Shown here one piece after another: positions 49,605-62,430 of a stretch of 64,000 nt of DNA (position 1 is its first letter; each line of letters opens with the position of its first letter). Both the position numbers and the translations under genes were made by a program. Source of the stretch: Mobula hypostoma (lineage: Eukaryota); assembly GCF_963921235.1 (NCBI RefSeq), contig NC_086100.1:201316001-201380000 (forward strand). Reading direction: 5' to 3'. The notes beneath the pieces are model-generated. The model was not told the DNA's origin and did no database searches. It was given only the letters and a program-made list of their open reading frames with translations.

Positions 49605-52600
49605 AGTCACTAAATGTTATGAGGGCAGAATAGCCAATAATATAAAACAGGATACCGGAAGTTTTTTCAGTTATAGAAAAAATAAAAGGGAGGTGAGGAG
49701 AGATAATGGATGTATTGGTTGTAATCTTTCAAGAATCACTTGATTCTGGCATGGTCTCGGAGGACTGGAAGTTTGCAAATGTCACTCCACTCTTTAAGAA
49801 GGGAGGAAAGCAAAATAAGGAAAATTATAGGCCAGTTAGCCTAACCTCAGTGGTTGGGAAAGTGTTGGAGTCTATTATTAAGGATGAGGTTTCAAGGTAC
49901 TTGGAGATTAATGGTAGTATATGTTAAAGTCAGCATCGTTTCTATAAAAGGAAGTCTTGCCTGACAAATCTATTAGAGTTCCTTGAGGAAGTCACAAGCA
50001 GGGTAGACAAAGGAGAGGCAGTGGATGCCGTTTACTTGGATTTCAGAAGGTGTTTGATAGGGTGCCAAATGAGACTGCTTAACAAGATAAAATACTATGG
50101 TGTTACAGGAAAGTTACTGTAATGGATAGTGGAATGACTGACAGGGGGGAGGCAACGAATGGGAATAAAAGGGGCCTTTTCTGGTAGGCTGCAGTGGTGT
50201 TCCTCAGGGGTCAGTATTCGGACTGCTGCTTTTCATATTGTTTGTCAATGATTTAGATAATGGATTTGATAGCTTTGTGGCAGAGTTTGCATATGTTATG
50301 AAGATAGGTGGACGGGTAGGTAGTGCTGAGGAAACAATGAGATTGCAGCAGGACTTGGACAAGTTGGAAGAATGGCTTGGTAAATATATGTTAATGCATT
50401 TTGGTAAAAGGAAGGATAGTGCAGACTATTATCCAAATGGGGAGAAGGTTCAAACATTACAGGTGCAGAGGGACTTAGGAGTCCTTGTGCAAGACTCCCA
50501 GAAGGTTAATTTACTGGTTGAGTCCGTGGTAAAGAAGGCAAATGCAATGTTGGCATTTATTTCAAGGGGAATAGAATATAAAAGCAAAGAGATAATGCTG
50601 AGCCTTTGTAAGACACTAGTCAGGCCGTACTTAGAGTATTGTCAAAAAATTATATCTTGCTTTTCTCTCTTCATTTTAGCTATAGCCTTACTCCTTTTGA
50701 TTGGGTTCTGTAACCCATTCACATTAAGGGTGATTACTCTGTATTGATACGGCATTCCACACCAATAAAAAAGGGTTTATATAAATAGTTAGATATCCCT
50801 AGATGACCTAAACAAATGAACTTCTGTCTGTACAACAAGCTAACGTTTAACATATAAACAACACATATAACATCTGTGACTTCCATCTTTGAAGTTTGAA
50901 CTAAACTTCTAAGTCGGGGGGAAGCCCTTAAACCCGAAGGGGCCCCTCCTAGTGCAGGTTGATGCCGCTGAATAATTGAAGTCAGGACAGTGCACAAAAA
51001 AGAACAAAATCAAACATCAGCTCCCAGGTTTGTGGTCAGTTATAGTAATGAGAGCTTACAGAGGAAAAATCGTTTATGTTCTATTTTAAGTTCTTAATAC
51101 AAAGTCAATTATAGCTTGGTGTTAGGGTACATATGATTTTACCGACCTAGCTGAAGGATATTTTATCACTATACTTTTGAGAGCTCTCATGCAGTATCTT
51201 TGTTGCATCGAAATTCCTTTAGCTTGTCCTGGATGTGCTTCAGACGTATTTCTCGGTCCCGACGGGATTTTGCATCCACTGTCTCTCAGGAAAGCCGCCT
51301 CAGTTTCACCGTGGCCGTGCCTTCTGCGGGGGCCACGATTCCGGGACAGTCCGGGGAAAATCCCCTGTTCTTCAGGTCTTCTGTCGCTTCCGATGCATTA
51401 CTGTAGATGACTTGTCCAGTGCCAAAAAACACTCGAAGTTTGGCTGGATAGAGTCTGGAACCGGAGCCCCTTTTCTTTAAGCGTCCTTCTGTTGGTGGAG
51501 TAAGCCTTTCTTTTCATAAATATTTCGGTCAGGTAGTCTTGATCAAAAAATACTCTTTTCCCATCGTAATAAATCTCTCATTTTTTCCAAGCAGAGCGAA
51601 GCACCAACTCTTTAATTTTTTAAATTTTATACTCCTGAAAGTAAATGACCACGGACCTTGGGTTGGAACCTTGTGGTGGTTTGGGTGCAAAAGATCAATG
51701 GCAGTGTTGTATGCCGAGGGTGACACTGGGAAGGGACAACTCTGTTTTAATAAATTTTTCCAGGAATTCCTGAATGTTGTCTCCTTCCACCTCCATGGAA
51801 ATTCCATGGATACGTATGTTATTCCTGCGTGAGCACGTCTCCAGGTTCGTTAGTCGAGCTTGAATGATCTCCTGAGGTTCCAGTGTGCGGGAAAGAACCT
51901 CCCCGACCTCGGCCTTCCATTCCTCCACTTTTGTCACACTTTTTCTGTCACTCTGCCCGTTATTTCTTTTAAATCACCAACAATAGCATTCAACTTCTGG
52001 TTAATTTCTTCTCTGAAATCCACCAGTTCCTTCTTTAGAAAACCCAAGGTATCACTCAGTTCTATTTTCATGTCCGAACGAAGCGCCTGTATTTCGGCCA
52101 TGATGTTTGCATGAACAGCCTCCATATCCTCATGTTCAGCTTGGTTGCTAGCGCCGACGTCAGTGTCCTCACCGTTAATCGGTATTTTATTGCTTGTCGT
52201 CGGGTTTTGTTGTGGTTTTCCCCTTGTCTTTCTTTTGTTTCCCCCTTTCATGCTACAAGACCCACTTTTCTATTTAAATAACCGTTTCTTATTTAGGAGG
52301 AAATAAGACCATCTGGGAGCCCTTACTGATTATGCTGCTGGCTGTATCTACGCCATACCAGAAGTACCGTACTTAGAGTATTGTCAACAGTTTTGGGCCC
52401 CATATCTCAGAAAGGATGTGTTGTCATTGGAGAGAGTGCAGAGGAGGTTCACAAGGATGATTCCGGGAATGAAGGTGTGAACGTATGAGGGACGTTTGGC
52501 AGCTTTGGGCCTGTACTCACTAGATTTTAGGAGAGTGTTGGGGGGGGGAGCGGATCTCATTGAAACCTACCAAATTGTGAAAGCACTAGATAGGGTGGAT

Positions 52601-52930
52601 GTGGAGAGGATGTTTACTGTGCTGGGGGTATCCAGAACTAGAGGGCACAGCCTCAAAACTGAGAAGCAACCCTTTAGAACAGAGGTAAGGAGGAATTTTT
52701 TTTTAGCCAGAGACCATGGAATGTTCTGCCACAGACTGCGGCGACGGCCCAGTCCATGTGTATATTTAAGGCAGAAGTTGATCGTTTCCTGATCGGTTAG
52801 GGCATCGAAGGATGTGGCGATAAGGCAGGTGTATGGGATTGAGTGGAATCCGGGATCAGCCATGATGGAATCGTGGAGCAGGCTTGATGGACTGAATGGC
52901 CTAATTCTGCTCCTATGTTGTATGGTCTAA
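49605..52930 (+). mobile_element. CR1 ORF2 3' half interrupted by an L1 insertion
   Basis: EDWKFANVTPLFKKG...NYRPVSLTS. LVRPYLEYCQ is split at 50645/52367. Tail tatgttgtatggtct. Confidence 0.87.
50646..52366 (-). mobile_element. L1-clade 5' portion (5' UTR, ORF1, spacer, first ~35 codons of ORF2) with a 21-bp TSD
   Basis: Frameshifted ORF1 52251 to ~51187 (coiled coil, LETCSRRNNIRIHG, KEKGLRFQT..PAKLRVF). ORF2 starts at 50755: MPYQYRVITLNVNGLQNPIKR. TSD CCGTACTTAGAGTATTGTCAA at 50625-50645 and 52367-52387. Confidence 0.9.
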
Positions 52931-53162
52931 ATGTCTGCTCTGCTGATCTATCATCTTACTCTTAAATGCGAGCAAGAACCGATGATTGCAGGGATTACAT
53001 GTTTAAGTCTCTGTAGAATGATAAAGGGAAGAACAATATGTTCTGCATTAGCGTCATGGAGGGATAATAGAATATATTTGTCCTGTGGTGTTTCTTTGCT
53101 CAAATGTAATCAGAATTTTCTTCTCTCAGAATTCTGATTAAAAGCTCTCTTTTTACAAGCAG

Positions 53163-53239
53163 AACAATTATACCGATGAAGTTGAAATATGGATGGAAAT
53201 AGAAGAACAGCATTTAACTCTGGACCTTAGAAGAAATCA
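53163..53239 (+). CDS. ADAM gene B, exon 3 (prodomain)
   Basis: ctctctttttacaagcag|AAC...CA|gtaagt. Phase 0 gives NNYTDEVEIWMEIEEQHLTLDLRRN, matching the ADAM prodomain ...xLxLxxN motif. Ends in phase 2. Confidence 0.78.
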
Positions 53240-54074
53240 GTAAGTAAATTGGGATCCTGGCCTCTATTGGGTAAAAGGTAACTGCTTAATAGATATGAGG
53301 AGCAATACACAGTAAGGGGTTGGGCATCAGTGGTAGTACTCAGCTGGTCGGAGCCAGATTGCAGAAAGCTGTGACTGAAGCTACACATAAGTCTGAGACA
53401 AGTTGTTTGTAGAGTTGCCTCTTGCCTGATAATTTAATTTTACTAATCAGAATCGGGTTTATTATCACTGAAATGTGTTGTGAAATGTGTTGTTTCTCAG
53501 CAGCAATACATTGTAAGATATAAAAATTATCATAAGTCACACAAATAAGTAAATAGTGCAAAAGACAAATAATAAGATAGGTGTTCACGTATTCATGAAC
53601 TGTTCAGAAATCTAATGGTGAAGGAGAAGAAATGTTTCTAAATTGTGAGTGGGGATCTTCAGGCTCCTGTACCCTTCCCCTGTGAATAGGGCATGTCTTG
53701 AGGGTCTTTAATGATTGAACTACTACTCCGTTCTTGATCACATAAGGGAAAGGGGTCAGAAATTTTAGTCTTTTTAATATTTTGCAGTTCTGACTAAAGT
53801 TTTATATTAATCAGGAAATTTGATATGAAGGATTATTTGGATTTCAAAGAACAACTGAAAATATTAATAGAAGTAAAATAGTTAGGATTTTCACCATAGC
53901 TGCTGGATAATCACTGGCAGAATTTTAGTTAGAAACTTTAGGAAAGAAAATTTTGATTCCATTTGTGATGGGATGAAAAGGAAGGAAGGTTGAACTATTG
54001 ATTAGAGATGTCCTGGAAGAGGAATGACCCAACAGCTCGTATGAGTCAAAATTAAGAAGAAGAAAGGTGTTCGT

Positions 54075-55435
54075 CTTGCTATCTGATGCCTAATATTCTG
54101 CAAAGACAAGTCATGTGGAAATGGTTGAGCTGCCTTGCATGCCTGTGATGCACAGTCCACGTTTCACAGGCATACAGGAGGGTAGTGAGTACCACGGCTC
54201 TGCAGACCTTCAGTTTTGTTGCTGGACTGATCCCTCGACGTTTCCATACAGTGGAGCGCAGTCTACTGAAAGCAGAACTTGCCTTTGCTATTCTGCAGTT
54301 AACTTCTGTATCAATAGTCACTGCTCAGGAGAGGGTGTTGCCAAGGTAAGTAAACTGGTCCACTGCCTGTAGTTTCTGTCCTTTGATTGTGATTTTGGGT
54401 TCTGTGTACGGTGCATGAGGGGCAGGCTGGTGCATGACTTCGGTCTTTTTGATGTTGATGGTAAGTCCAAAGTTGTCACAGGCTGTGGAGAATTTGTCCA
54501 TATTGACTTGTATCTCTGGCTCCGAGCCAGCATACAGGGCGCAGTCATCGGCAAAGAGGAAGTCTGTCAGAACAGTCTCCTTCACTTTGGTAATAGCTTG
54601 ACGTCTCCTCAGGTTGAAGAGCTTCCCATCCACTCTGTACTTGAGGTTGATTCCAGCATCACTGTCCTGGAAGGCATCATTCAGCATGGCAGTAAACACA
54701 ATGCTGAACAGTGTGGGTGCGAGCACACAGCCCCGTTTGACACCACTGGTGACTGGGAACGCCGCAGAGGATTCTCCGCCGTCCAGCACTCTGGCCATCA
54801 TCCCATCATGGAACTGGTGTACCATCTGAATGAACTTAGCGGGGCAGCCGAATTGTGACAAGATCCTCCACAGGCCTTGTCGGCAGACAGCTCCTGACAC
54901 TCCTCCTGAAGTTGGCACATGGAAAAAAATCATGTCAATAGTCCCACGACTTTTGCAAAAACCATACTGTGACTCTGGCAGCAGGCCCAGTTCCAGATGA
55001 GTAACCAGATGATTTAGCAGGACTCTTGCAAGGGTTTTTCCTGCGATGGAGAGCAGCGAGATTCCTCGGTGATTGTTGCAAACTTGTTGATTGCCCTTCC
55101 TCTTGTAGAGGAGTATGATGGATGCATCTTTAAGTTTCTGAGGAATGGATCCTTGCTTCCAAAAAGACTGGAGCAACTCAGTGAGCTTCTCTATAAGTAC
55201 AGGACCAGTGGCTTTGTAGATCTCTGCAGGAATGGCGTCTGCTCCTGGGGCTTTGCTACTGGATAGCTGGCTGACAGCTTTCATGACTTCGGCTACTACC
55301 GGTGGGTCATCCATGGCGCTGTTGATGTCGACCTGGGGAATCTTGTCTATGGCCTCATTGTTAATAGATGACGGTCGGTTGAGGACGGCTTCAAAGTGTT
55401 CAGCCCATCTCTGCGGGATCTGAGCCTTCTCTGTA
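54075..55435 (-). mobile_element. RTE-clade LINE RT fragment
   Basis: ORF 54325..55314: RGISLLSIAGK.LAR...PESQYGF..RGTIDMIF...GVKRGCVLAPTLF...FLFADD; 54079..54321 TLLYACETW. Confidence 0.9.
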
Positions 55436-56740
55436 ACAATATAGTATTAATGGTAAGACTCTTGGCAGTGTAGAGGATCAGAGGGTTCTTGGGGTCCAAG
55501 TCCATAGGACACTCAGAGCTGGTGTGCAGGTTGACTCTGTGGTTAAGAAGACATTGGTCTTCATCAATCGTAGGATTGATTTTAAGAGCCGAGAGGTAAT
55601 GTTGCAGCTATATAGGACCCTGGTCAGACCCCACTTGGAGTACTGTGCTCAGTTCTGGTTGCCTCACTACAGGAAGGATGTGGAAACCATAGAAAGGGTG
55701 CAGAGGAGATTTACAAGGATGTTGCCTGGATTGGGGAGCATGCCTATGAGAATAGGTTGAGTGAACTCGGCCTTTTCTCCTTGGAGCGACAGAGGATGAG
55801 AGATGACCTGACAGAGGTGTACAAGATAATGAGAGGCATTGATTGTGTGAATAGCCAGAAGCTTTTTCCCAGGGCTAAAATGACTAGTACGAGAGGGCAC
55901 AGTTTTAAGGTTCTTGGAAGTTGGTACAGAGGAGATATCAGGGGTAAGTTTTTTACACAGAGAGTTGTGAGTGCATGGAATGGGCTGCCAGCTACAGTGG
56001 TGGAGGTGGATGCGATAGGGTCTTTTAAGAGACTCCTGGATAGGTATATGGAGCTCAGAAAAATAGAGGGCTATGGCTAACCCTAGGTAATTTCTAAGGT
56101 AAGGACATGGTTGGCACATCTTTGTGGGCCGAAGGGCCTGTATTGTTCTGTAGGTTTTCTGCGTTTCTATTTTCTATGTTTCAACAGAAACACTCAAAAA
56201 CTTCTATAAATGTACCGTGGAGAGCATTCTGACAGGCTGCATCACTGTCTGGTATGGGGGTGGGGGGGGGGGAGGTGGGGTGCTACTGCACAGGACTGAA
56301 AGAAGCTGCAGAGGGTTGTAAATTTAGTCAGCTCCGTCTTGGGTACTAGCCTACAAAGTACCCAGGACATCTTTAAGGAGCGGTGTCTCAGAAAAGCAGC
56401 GTCCATTATTAAGGACCTCCATCACCCAGGCCATGCCCTTTTCTCACATCAGGTAGGAGATACAGAAGCCTGAAGGCACACACTCAGTGATTCAGGAACA
56501 GCTTCTTCCCCTCTGCCATCTGATTCCTAAACGGACATTGAACCCTTGAACACTACCTCACTTTTAAAATATATATTTCTGGTTTTCTGCACGATTTTTA
56601 AACTATTCAATATAAATATACTGTACTGTAATTGATTTATTTATTATTATTTCTTCTCTTCTATATTATGTATTGCATTGAACTGCTGCTGCTAAGTTAA
56701 CAAATTTCATGACAAACTTGGTTCTGATTCTGATTTTGAT
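55436..56740 (+). mobile_element. CR1 3' end (55436-56182) followed by a Rex1/L2-type 3' end
   Basis: ORFs 55524..56080 are CR1 C-terminus; then FYKCTVESILTGCITVWYG. Confidence 0.85.
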
Positions 56741-57789
56741 TCCATTGTAAGTGGAAAATAGAGGAACAGATAAGTAAGATTACTGCAGAAAGAGATAAGA
56801 GCAATAGAGTTATTGTCATGGGAGAGTTTAACTTCCGCAGTATTGACTTGGATTGCCTTGGGACAAGGGGCTGAGGTGAAGCACATTTAAATATGTCGAC
56901 TAGAGATGGGCCATAACCAACCTTAGGTTAAGAATTGAAACTGGGCAAGTAGTGTGGGAAGTATCTGCTGGGGAACAGTAGTCATAAGGTTGGGATCTTG
57001 AATTGGGTGAAGATTGATTTCAATAACATAAGAGAGAACCTGGACACAATAAACTGGTGGCAGAGGATGGGGCTAAAACAACAGCTGACAAAGTGAGTGT
57101 GAGTTCAGAGCCATCAAGTTATGATGAGGGTGAAAGGAAACAGGCATGATTAGGGAACCTTGCGTGACAAAGGGTGTTGAAGATTTGATCAGCAAACATA
57201 TGAATACACATGCAACTTGGATCGAGAGTTATTAGAGTATCTGAAGGAGTACCTTTTTTCCTGGAGGAATACTGAGTATGTAAGAGAATTTAGGCAAGAA
57301 ATTAGAAGAACACAATTGGGCCATGAAATATTCTTCACAAGTAACATTAAGGACAATCCCAAAATATTCTATGAATGTATCAGGCACAAGAAACTAGCCA
57401 GGAAAGAATGGACTCAATAGGATATGCTGGGACTTTTTCCCTGGAGTGAAGGAGGCTACGGGGCAACCCTATAGATGGTTCTAAAATCATGAGAGGCAAA
57501 GATAGCATGGATGGCCAAGGTAGGGGAGTCTAAAACTAGAGGCTTAAGGTGAGAATGGATTTAAAGTGAACCTGAGGGGCAAGTTCTTCACATTCACTAG
57601 GTTGTGAAGGGTATATGGTAAGAGGTGCCAGAGGAAGTGGTAAAGGTAGGTATATTGACAACATCAAAAGTCATGGATAGGAAAGATTTAATGAGATGTG
57701 GGACTAGCTCAGGTAGACACCTTCATCAGCATGGATGAGTGAAGCCAAAGGGTTTTTTTCCAGACTGTATAATTCCATTGCCCAAGGAG

Positions 57790-58150
57790 AGACATAATAA
57801 TAGATGAGCGATTGGACTGCAGCCTGTGTGGAATTCCAACAGGCAAAATTAACCGCCATGTTTAAATGCTGTCGGCACCTTTTGAGGTCCCTGAATGACA
57901 GTTTGACCGTGTCAGTGAGGACCTTCTTGATCCTCTTTCCCCACTCCTTCAGTTTCACGCACCTCCTTACCATGGTGGACCATAGCACCAGATGGCCAGA
58001 GGTCGCCCCTCTAGTATTGACGATGGCCATAGGCGTGGCTCAGGTGTTCATCAGCACCTGGATTGCTTGCTTTGGCACCCCATCTGACCGCAGTCCCCAA
58101 TTTGTATCAGACTGCTGAGCTGTGATGGCCCAGAATCTCAGCATTAGGTG
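57790..58150 (+). mobile_element. Gypsy-type integrase (rve) relic
   Basis: THLLTMVDHSTRWPEVAPL...VAQVFISTWIACFGTPSDRSPQFVS. Confidence 0.75.
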
Positions 58151-58439
58151 CGGGGCCTATCAGCAGCATCAACAGGGCTCTACGAAGAGATATTTCTCAC
58201 AGATTGACAGTGGTTATTTAAAAAAGGAGCCTCAAAGGCATTTGTCCATTGTACAGGGCCTATCAGCAAGGTCAATAGAGCTCTACGAACTAAATAACAG
58301 ACGGGATAAGCGGACTGGCCATTTTCGGGAGTAGACCAGTGATGCGAGTAGAAGTGACAGGCTTTGGCTCAAAAGAGGCTTTGGCTCAGAAGAAGCGTCT
58401 GTTAAGGTTTCCGTTTTATCTTTTTTTATTCCCTTACTA

Positions 58440-59710
58440 TACCATTTAAATGGCTGTTGTGTGTCCTTCATGCCAGATATTGGAGTCTTGGGAGACCCAG
58501 AGTCTGCTGGGGAACTACATCTCCATGAAATGCATCCGGCTGCAGCTCCTTAAAGACTGTTAGGGATCTGGAGCAGCAACTTGTACAAGAGAGCGAGGAT
58601 ATAATTGATCAGAGTTACAGGGACGTAGTCACTGTGAAGTTGCAGGAGGCGAGTAGCTGGGTGACTGTCAGGAGAATGGAAACAGGCAGTTAGAGTAGAG
58701 CACCCTATGGCCATTCCTCTCAAAAACAAGTATACCACTTTGGAAACCTTTGTGGGGGATGACCTCCCGGGACTAGGTTACAGGCACTGAGCATGGGTCT
58801 GAGGTGCAGAAGGGAAACAGAGAAGAAGGGAGCGGTAGTGATAGGGAACTCCATAATGAGGGTAACAGACAGGAGATTCTGTGGACGTGAACGGGACATC
58901 CAGATGGTATGTTGGCTTCTAGGTGCCAGGGTCAGGGCTGTCTCAGGTCGCGTACACATTTTGGAGAGGGAGGGGGAGAGCCAGATGTCTTGGTACATAT
59001 TGGTACCAATGGCATAGGAAGGAAAGCAATGAGGTCCTGAAAAGAGAATTTAGAGAGCTAGGTAGAAAGCTGAGAAGCAGGACCTCCTGGGTAGTAATTT
59101 CTGGATTGCTGCCTGTGCCATGCGCCAGTGAGGGTAGAAACAGAATGATTTGGCAGACAGATGCGTGGCTGAGAAGCTGGTGCAGGAGGCAGGGCTTCAG
59201 GTTCTTGGATCATTGGGATCTCTTCTGGGGGAGGTATGATCTGTACAAGAGTGATGGGTTGCACCTGAACCCGAGGGTGGACTAATATTCTCACAGGCAG
59301 GTGTGTTAGGGCTGTTGGGGAGGGTTTAAACTAATTTGGCTGGGGAGTGGGAACTGGAATGAAGGCACTCAGGAAAGGACAGATGGTAAAAAGGTAAAGA
59401 TAGCGTGCAGTCAGACTGTCAGGAAGGGCAGACAGGTGATGGGACTTAGTTGCAACCAACAGGCTGAGTATCAAATCATTAGGGATGCGGAGTCAGAAAG
59501 GACAGCAAATGTGGTACTCGAGGTGTTGTATCTAAATGAGCGTTATATAAGAAATAACCTTGTTGCAATATTACAGGATGCCAGGTATGATGTTGTGGCC
59601 ATCACTGAATCCTGGCTGAAGGATGGTTGTAGTTGGGAGCTGAATGTCAAAGGTTACACATTGCATCGGAGGGATAGAAAAGTAGGCAGAGGGGGTGATG
59701 TGGCTCTACA
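58440..59710 (+). mobile_element. CR1 ORF1 (SGNH esterase) and endonuclease start
   Basis: AVVIGNSIMR...FRFLDHWDLFWGR..Y..DGLHLN; LYLNERYIRN...VAITESWL. Confidence 0.85.
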
Positions 59711-59764
59711 CCAACTCTCACTCAGTCCCACCCCTACAATCTCACCATCCTTACCAAGTTAAGA

Positions 59765-61960
59765 GTCCATGGTATTACAGGAAAGCTACTAACATGGTTA
59801 GAGCATTGGCTGATTGGTAGGAGGCAGCGAGTGGGAATAAAAGGATCGTTTTCTGGTTGGATGCCAGTGGCTAGTGGTGTTCCACAGATGTCAATGTTGG
59901 GACCATTTCTTTTTATGATGTATATGAGTCAGAATCAGGTTTATTATCACCGGCATGTGACGTGAAATTTGTTAACTTAGCAGCAGCAGTTCAATGCAAT
60001 ACATAATTTAGCAGAGAGAGAAAAAATAATGCATTAAATAAAACATAATAAATAAACAAGTCAATCAATTACATATATTGAACAGGTTATTTAAAAATGT
60101 GCAAAAACAAAAGTACTGTATATTAAAAAGTGAGGTAGTGTCCAAAGCTGCAATGTCCATTTAGGAATCAGATGGCAGAGAGGACGAAGCTGTTCCTGAT
60201 TGGCTGAGTGTGTGTCTTCAGGTTTCTCCATCTCCTCCCTGACGGTAATAGAGAGAAAAGTGCATTCCCTGGGTGTTGGAGGTCTTTAATAACGGGCGCT
60301 CCCTTTCTGAGACACCGCTTCCTAAAGATGTCCTGGGTACTTTGTAGGGTAGTGCCCAAGATTGAGCTGACTAGATTTACAACTTTCTGCAGCTTCTTTC
60401 GGTCCTGTGCAGTAGCCCCTCCATACCAGACAGTGATGCAGCCTGTCAGAATGTTCTCCATGGTACAACTATAGAAGTTTTTGAGCGTATTTGTTGACAT
60501 GCCAAATCGCTTCAAACTCCTAATAAAGTATAGCCGCTGTCTTGCCTTCTTTATGTGTTGGGACCAGGTTAGATCCTCAGAAATCTTGACACCCAGGAAC
60601 TTGAACCTGCTCACTCTCTCCACTTCTGATCCCACTATGATGATTGGTATGTGTTCCTTCTTCTTACCCTTCCTGAAGTCCACAATCAGCTCTTTCGTCT
60701 TATTGATGTTGAGAGCCAGGCTGTTGCTGCAGCACCACTCCACTAGTTGGCATATCTCACTCCTGTATGCCTCTCGTCACCACCTGAGATTCTACCAGCC
60801 ATGGTGTATCGTTAGCAAATTTATAGATGGTATTTGAGCTATGCCTAGTCACACAGTCATATGTATACAGAGTAGAGCAGTGGGCTAAGCACACACCCCA
60901 GAGGTGTACCAGTGTTGATCATCAGCGAAAAGGATATGTTATCACCAATTCGCACAGACTGTGGTCTTCCAGTTAGGAAGTTGAGGATCCAATTACAGAG
61001 GGAGGTAGATGATGGAATTGTTGGCTTTTTTGCCAAGTTTGCAGATGACACGAAGATTGGTGGAGGGGCAGGTAGTGTTGTGGAAACAGGTAGGATGCAG
61101 AAGGACTTAGACAGATTAGGAAAGTGGAAAAGAGAGTGGCAAATGAAATACAATGTTGGAAAATACATGGTTATACACTTTGGTAGTAGATATAAATGTG
61201 CAGACTATTTTCTAACTGGGGAGAAAATCCAGGAATCTGAGATGCAGAGGGACTTGGGAGTCCCTGAAGGTTAACTTGCTGATTGAGTCAGTGGTGAGGA
61301 AGGCAAATGCCATGTTAGCATTCTTTTCAAGTGGTCTAGAATACAGGAGCAGGGACGTGACGCTGAGGCTTTATGAGGCACTGGTGAGGCCTTACCTTAA
61401 GTATTGTGAACATTTTTGGGCCCCTCATCTTAGAAAAGATGTGGTGGCAGTGGAGAGGGTCAAGAGGAGGTTCACAAGGATGATTCCAGGAATGAAAGGG
61501 TTATCATACGAGGAACGTTTGAATGGCCCTGGTCTGTACTCACTGGAATTCAGAAGGATGAGGGGGGATCTCATTGAAGTCTCAAATATTGAAATGCCGA
61601 GCCAGAGTAGATGTGGAAAAGATGTTTCCCATGGTGGGAGGGTCTTGGACAAGTAGGCACAGCCTCAGGATAGAGGGGAGTCCTTTCAAAACAGAGATGC
61701 GGAGAAATTTCTTTAACCAAAGGGTGGTGAACTTGTGGAATTTGTTCCCACATGCAGCTGTGGAGGCCAGGTCGTTGGGTGTTCTTAAGGCAGAGATTGA
61801 TAAGTTCTTGATTGGACATGGCATCAAAGGTTCGGGGGAGAAGGCCGGGAACTGGGGTTGAGAAGGAGAAAAATAAAGGATCATCCATGGTTGAATGGTA
61901 GAGCAGATTCGATGGGCCAGATGGCCTAATTCTGCTCCTATGTCTTATGGTCTTATGGTC
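59765..61960 (+). mobile_element. CR1 RT and 3' end containing a minus-strand Rex1/L2-type insertion (~59927-61005)
   Basis: The CR1 reading resumes at [16 protein letters not shown]. Insert ORF 60168..60743(-): KTKELIVDFRK...KKARQRLYF. Confidence 0.85.
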
Positions 61961-62269
61961 ACATCACAGTATATCGCTGGCAGTCCATTGGCCTATGCAA
62001 GCGCTTTCACCTCTTCTTAAAGGCTACTCTTGAGTGCTTCCCTGATGGATGAGTGTTGGCTTGATTATCTCCCGTGAGTTTTTCTGGGCCTCAGAACAGC
62101 TCCAAATGAGCTCCACCCTTCTCAGTAAATTCAATTCCTTTGCACTTACTTCCACCTCTCATCATGGCATACTCAATCATACTGTGATCACTCTTTCCAA
62201 GATGATCCCTAAATACAAGATCACTAATTCTACCCGTCTCATTGCACAGGACCAGATCTAAGATAGCAC

Positions 62270-62430
62270 ATCGAAGTTGCTGGTGAACGCAGCAGGCCAG
62301 GCAGCATCTCTAGGAAGAGGTACAGTTGACGTTTCGGGCCAAGACCCTTCGTCAGGACTAACTGAAGGAAGAGTTAGTAAGAGATTTGAAAGTGGGAGGG
62401 GGAGGGAGAGATCCAAAATGATAGGAGGAG
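62270..62430 (-). mobile_element. Penelope terminal fragment with hammerhead motif (62323-62360)
   Basis: Reverse complement reads tagtc-CTGACGA-agggtcttggccc-GAAACGTC-aactg. Confidence 0.72.

Noticed and set aside
51188..51410. Cluster of GC-rich hairpins suggesting an IRES or ribozyme in the L1
   Set aside because: The minus strand continues the ORF1 C-terminus (PAKLRVFFG...KLKEFRCNKDTA*). The short stems are compatible with chance, and no ribozyme core is visible.
7475..53239. Assigning a specific symbol such as ADAM9, ADAM28 or ADAM32
   Set aside because: Only short divergent exons are visible, so the paralogue cannot be determined without a phylogeny.
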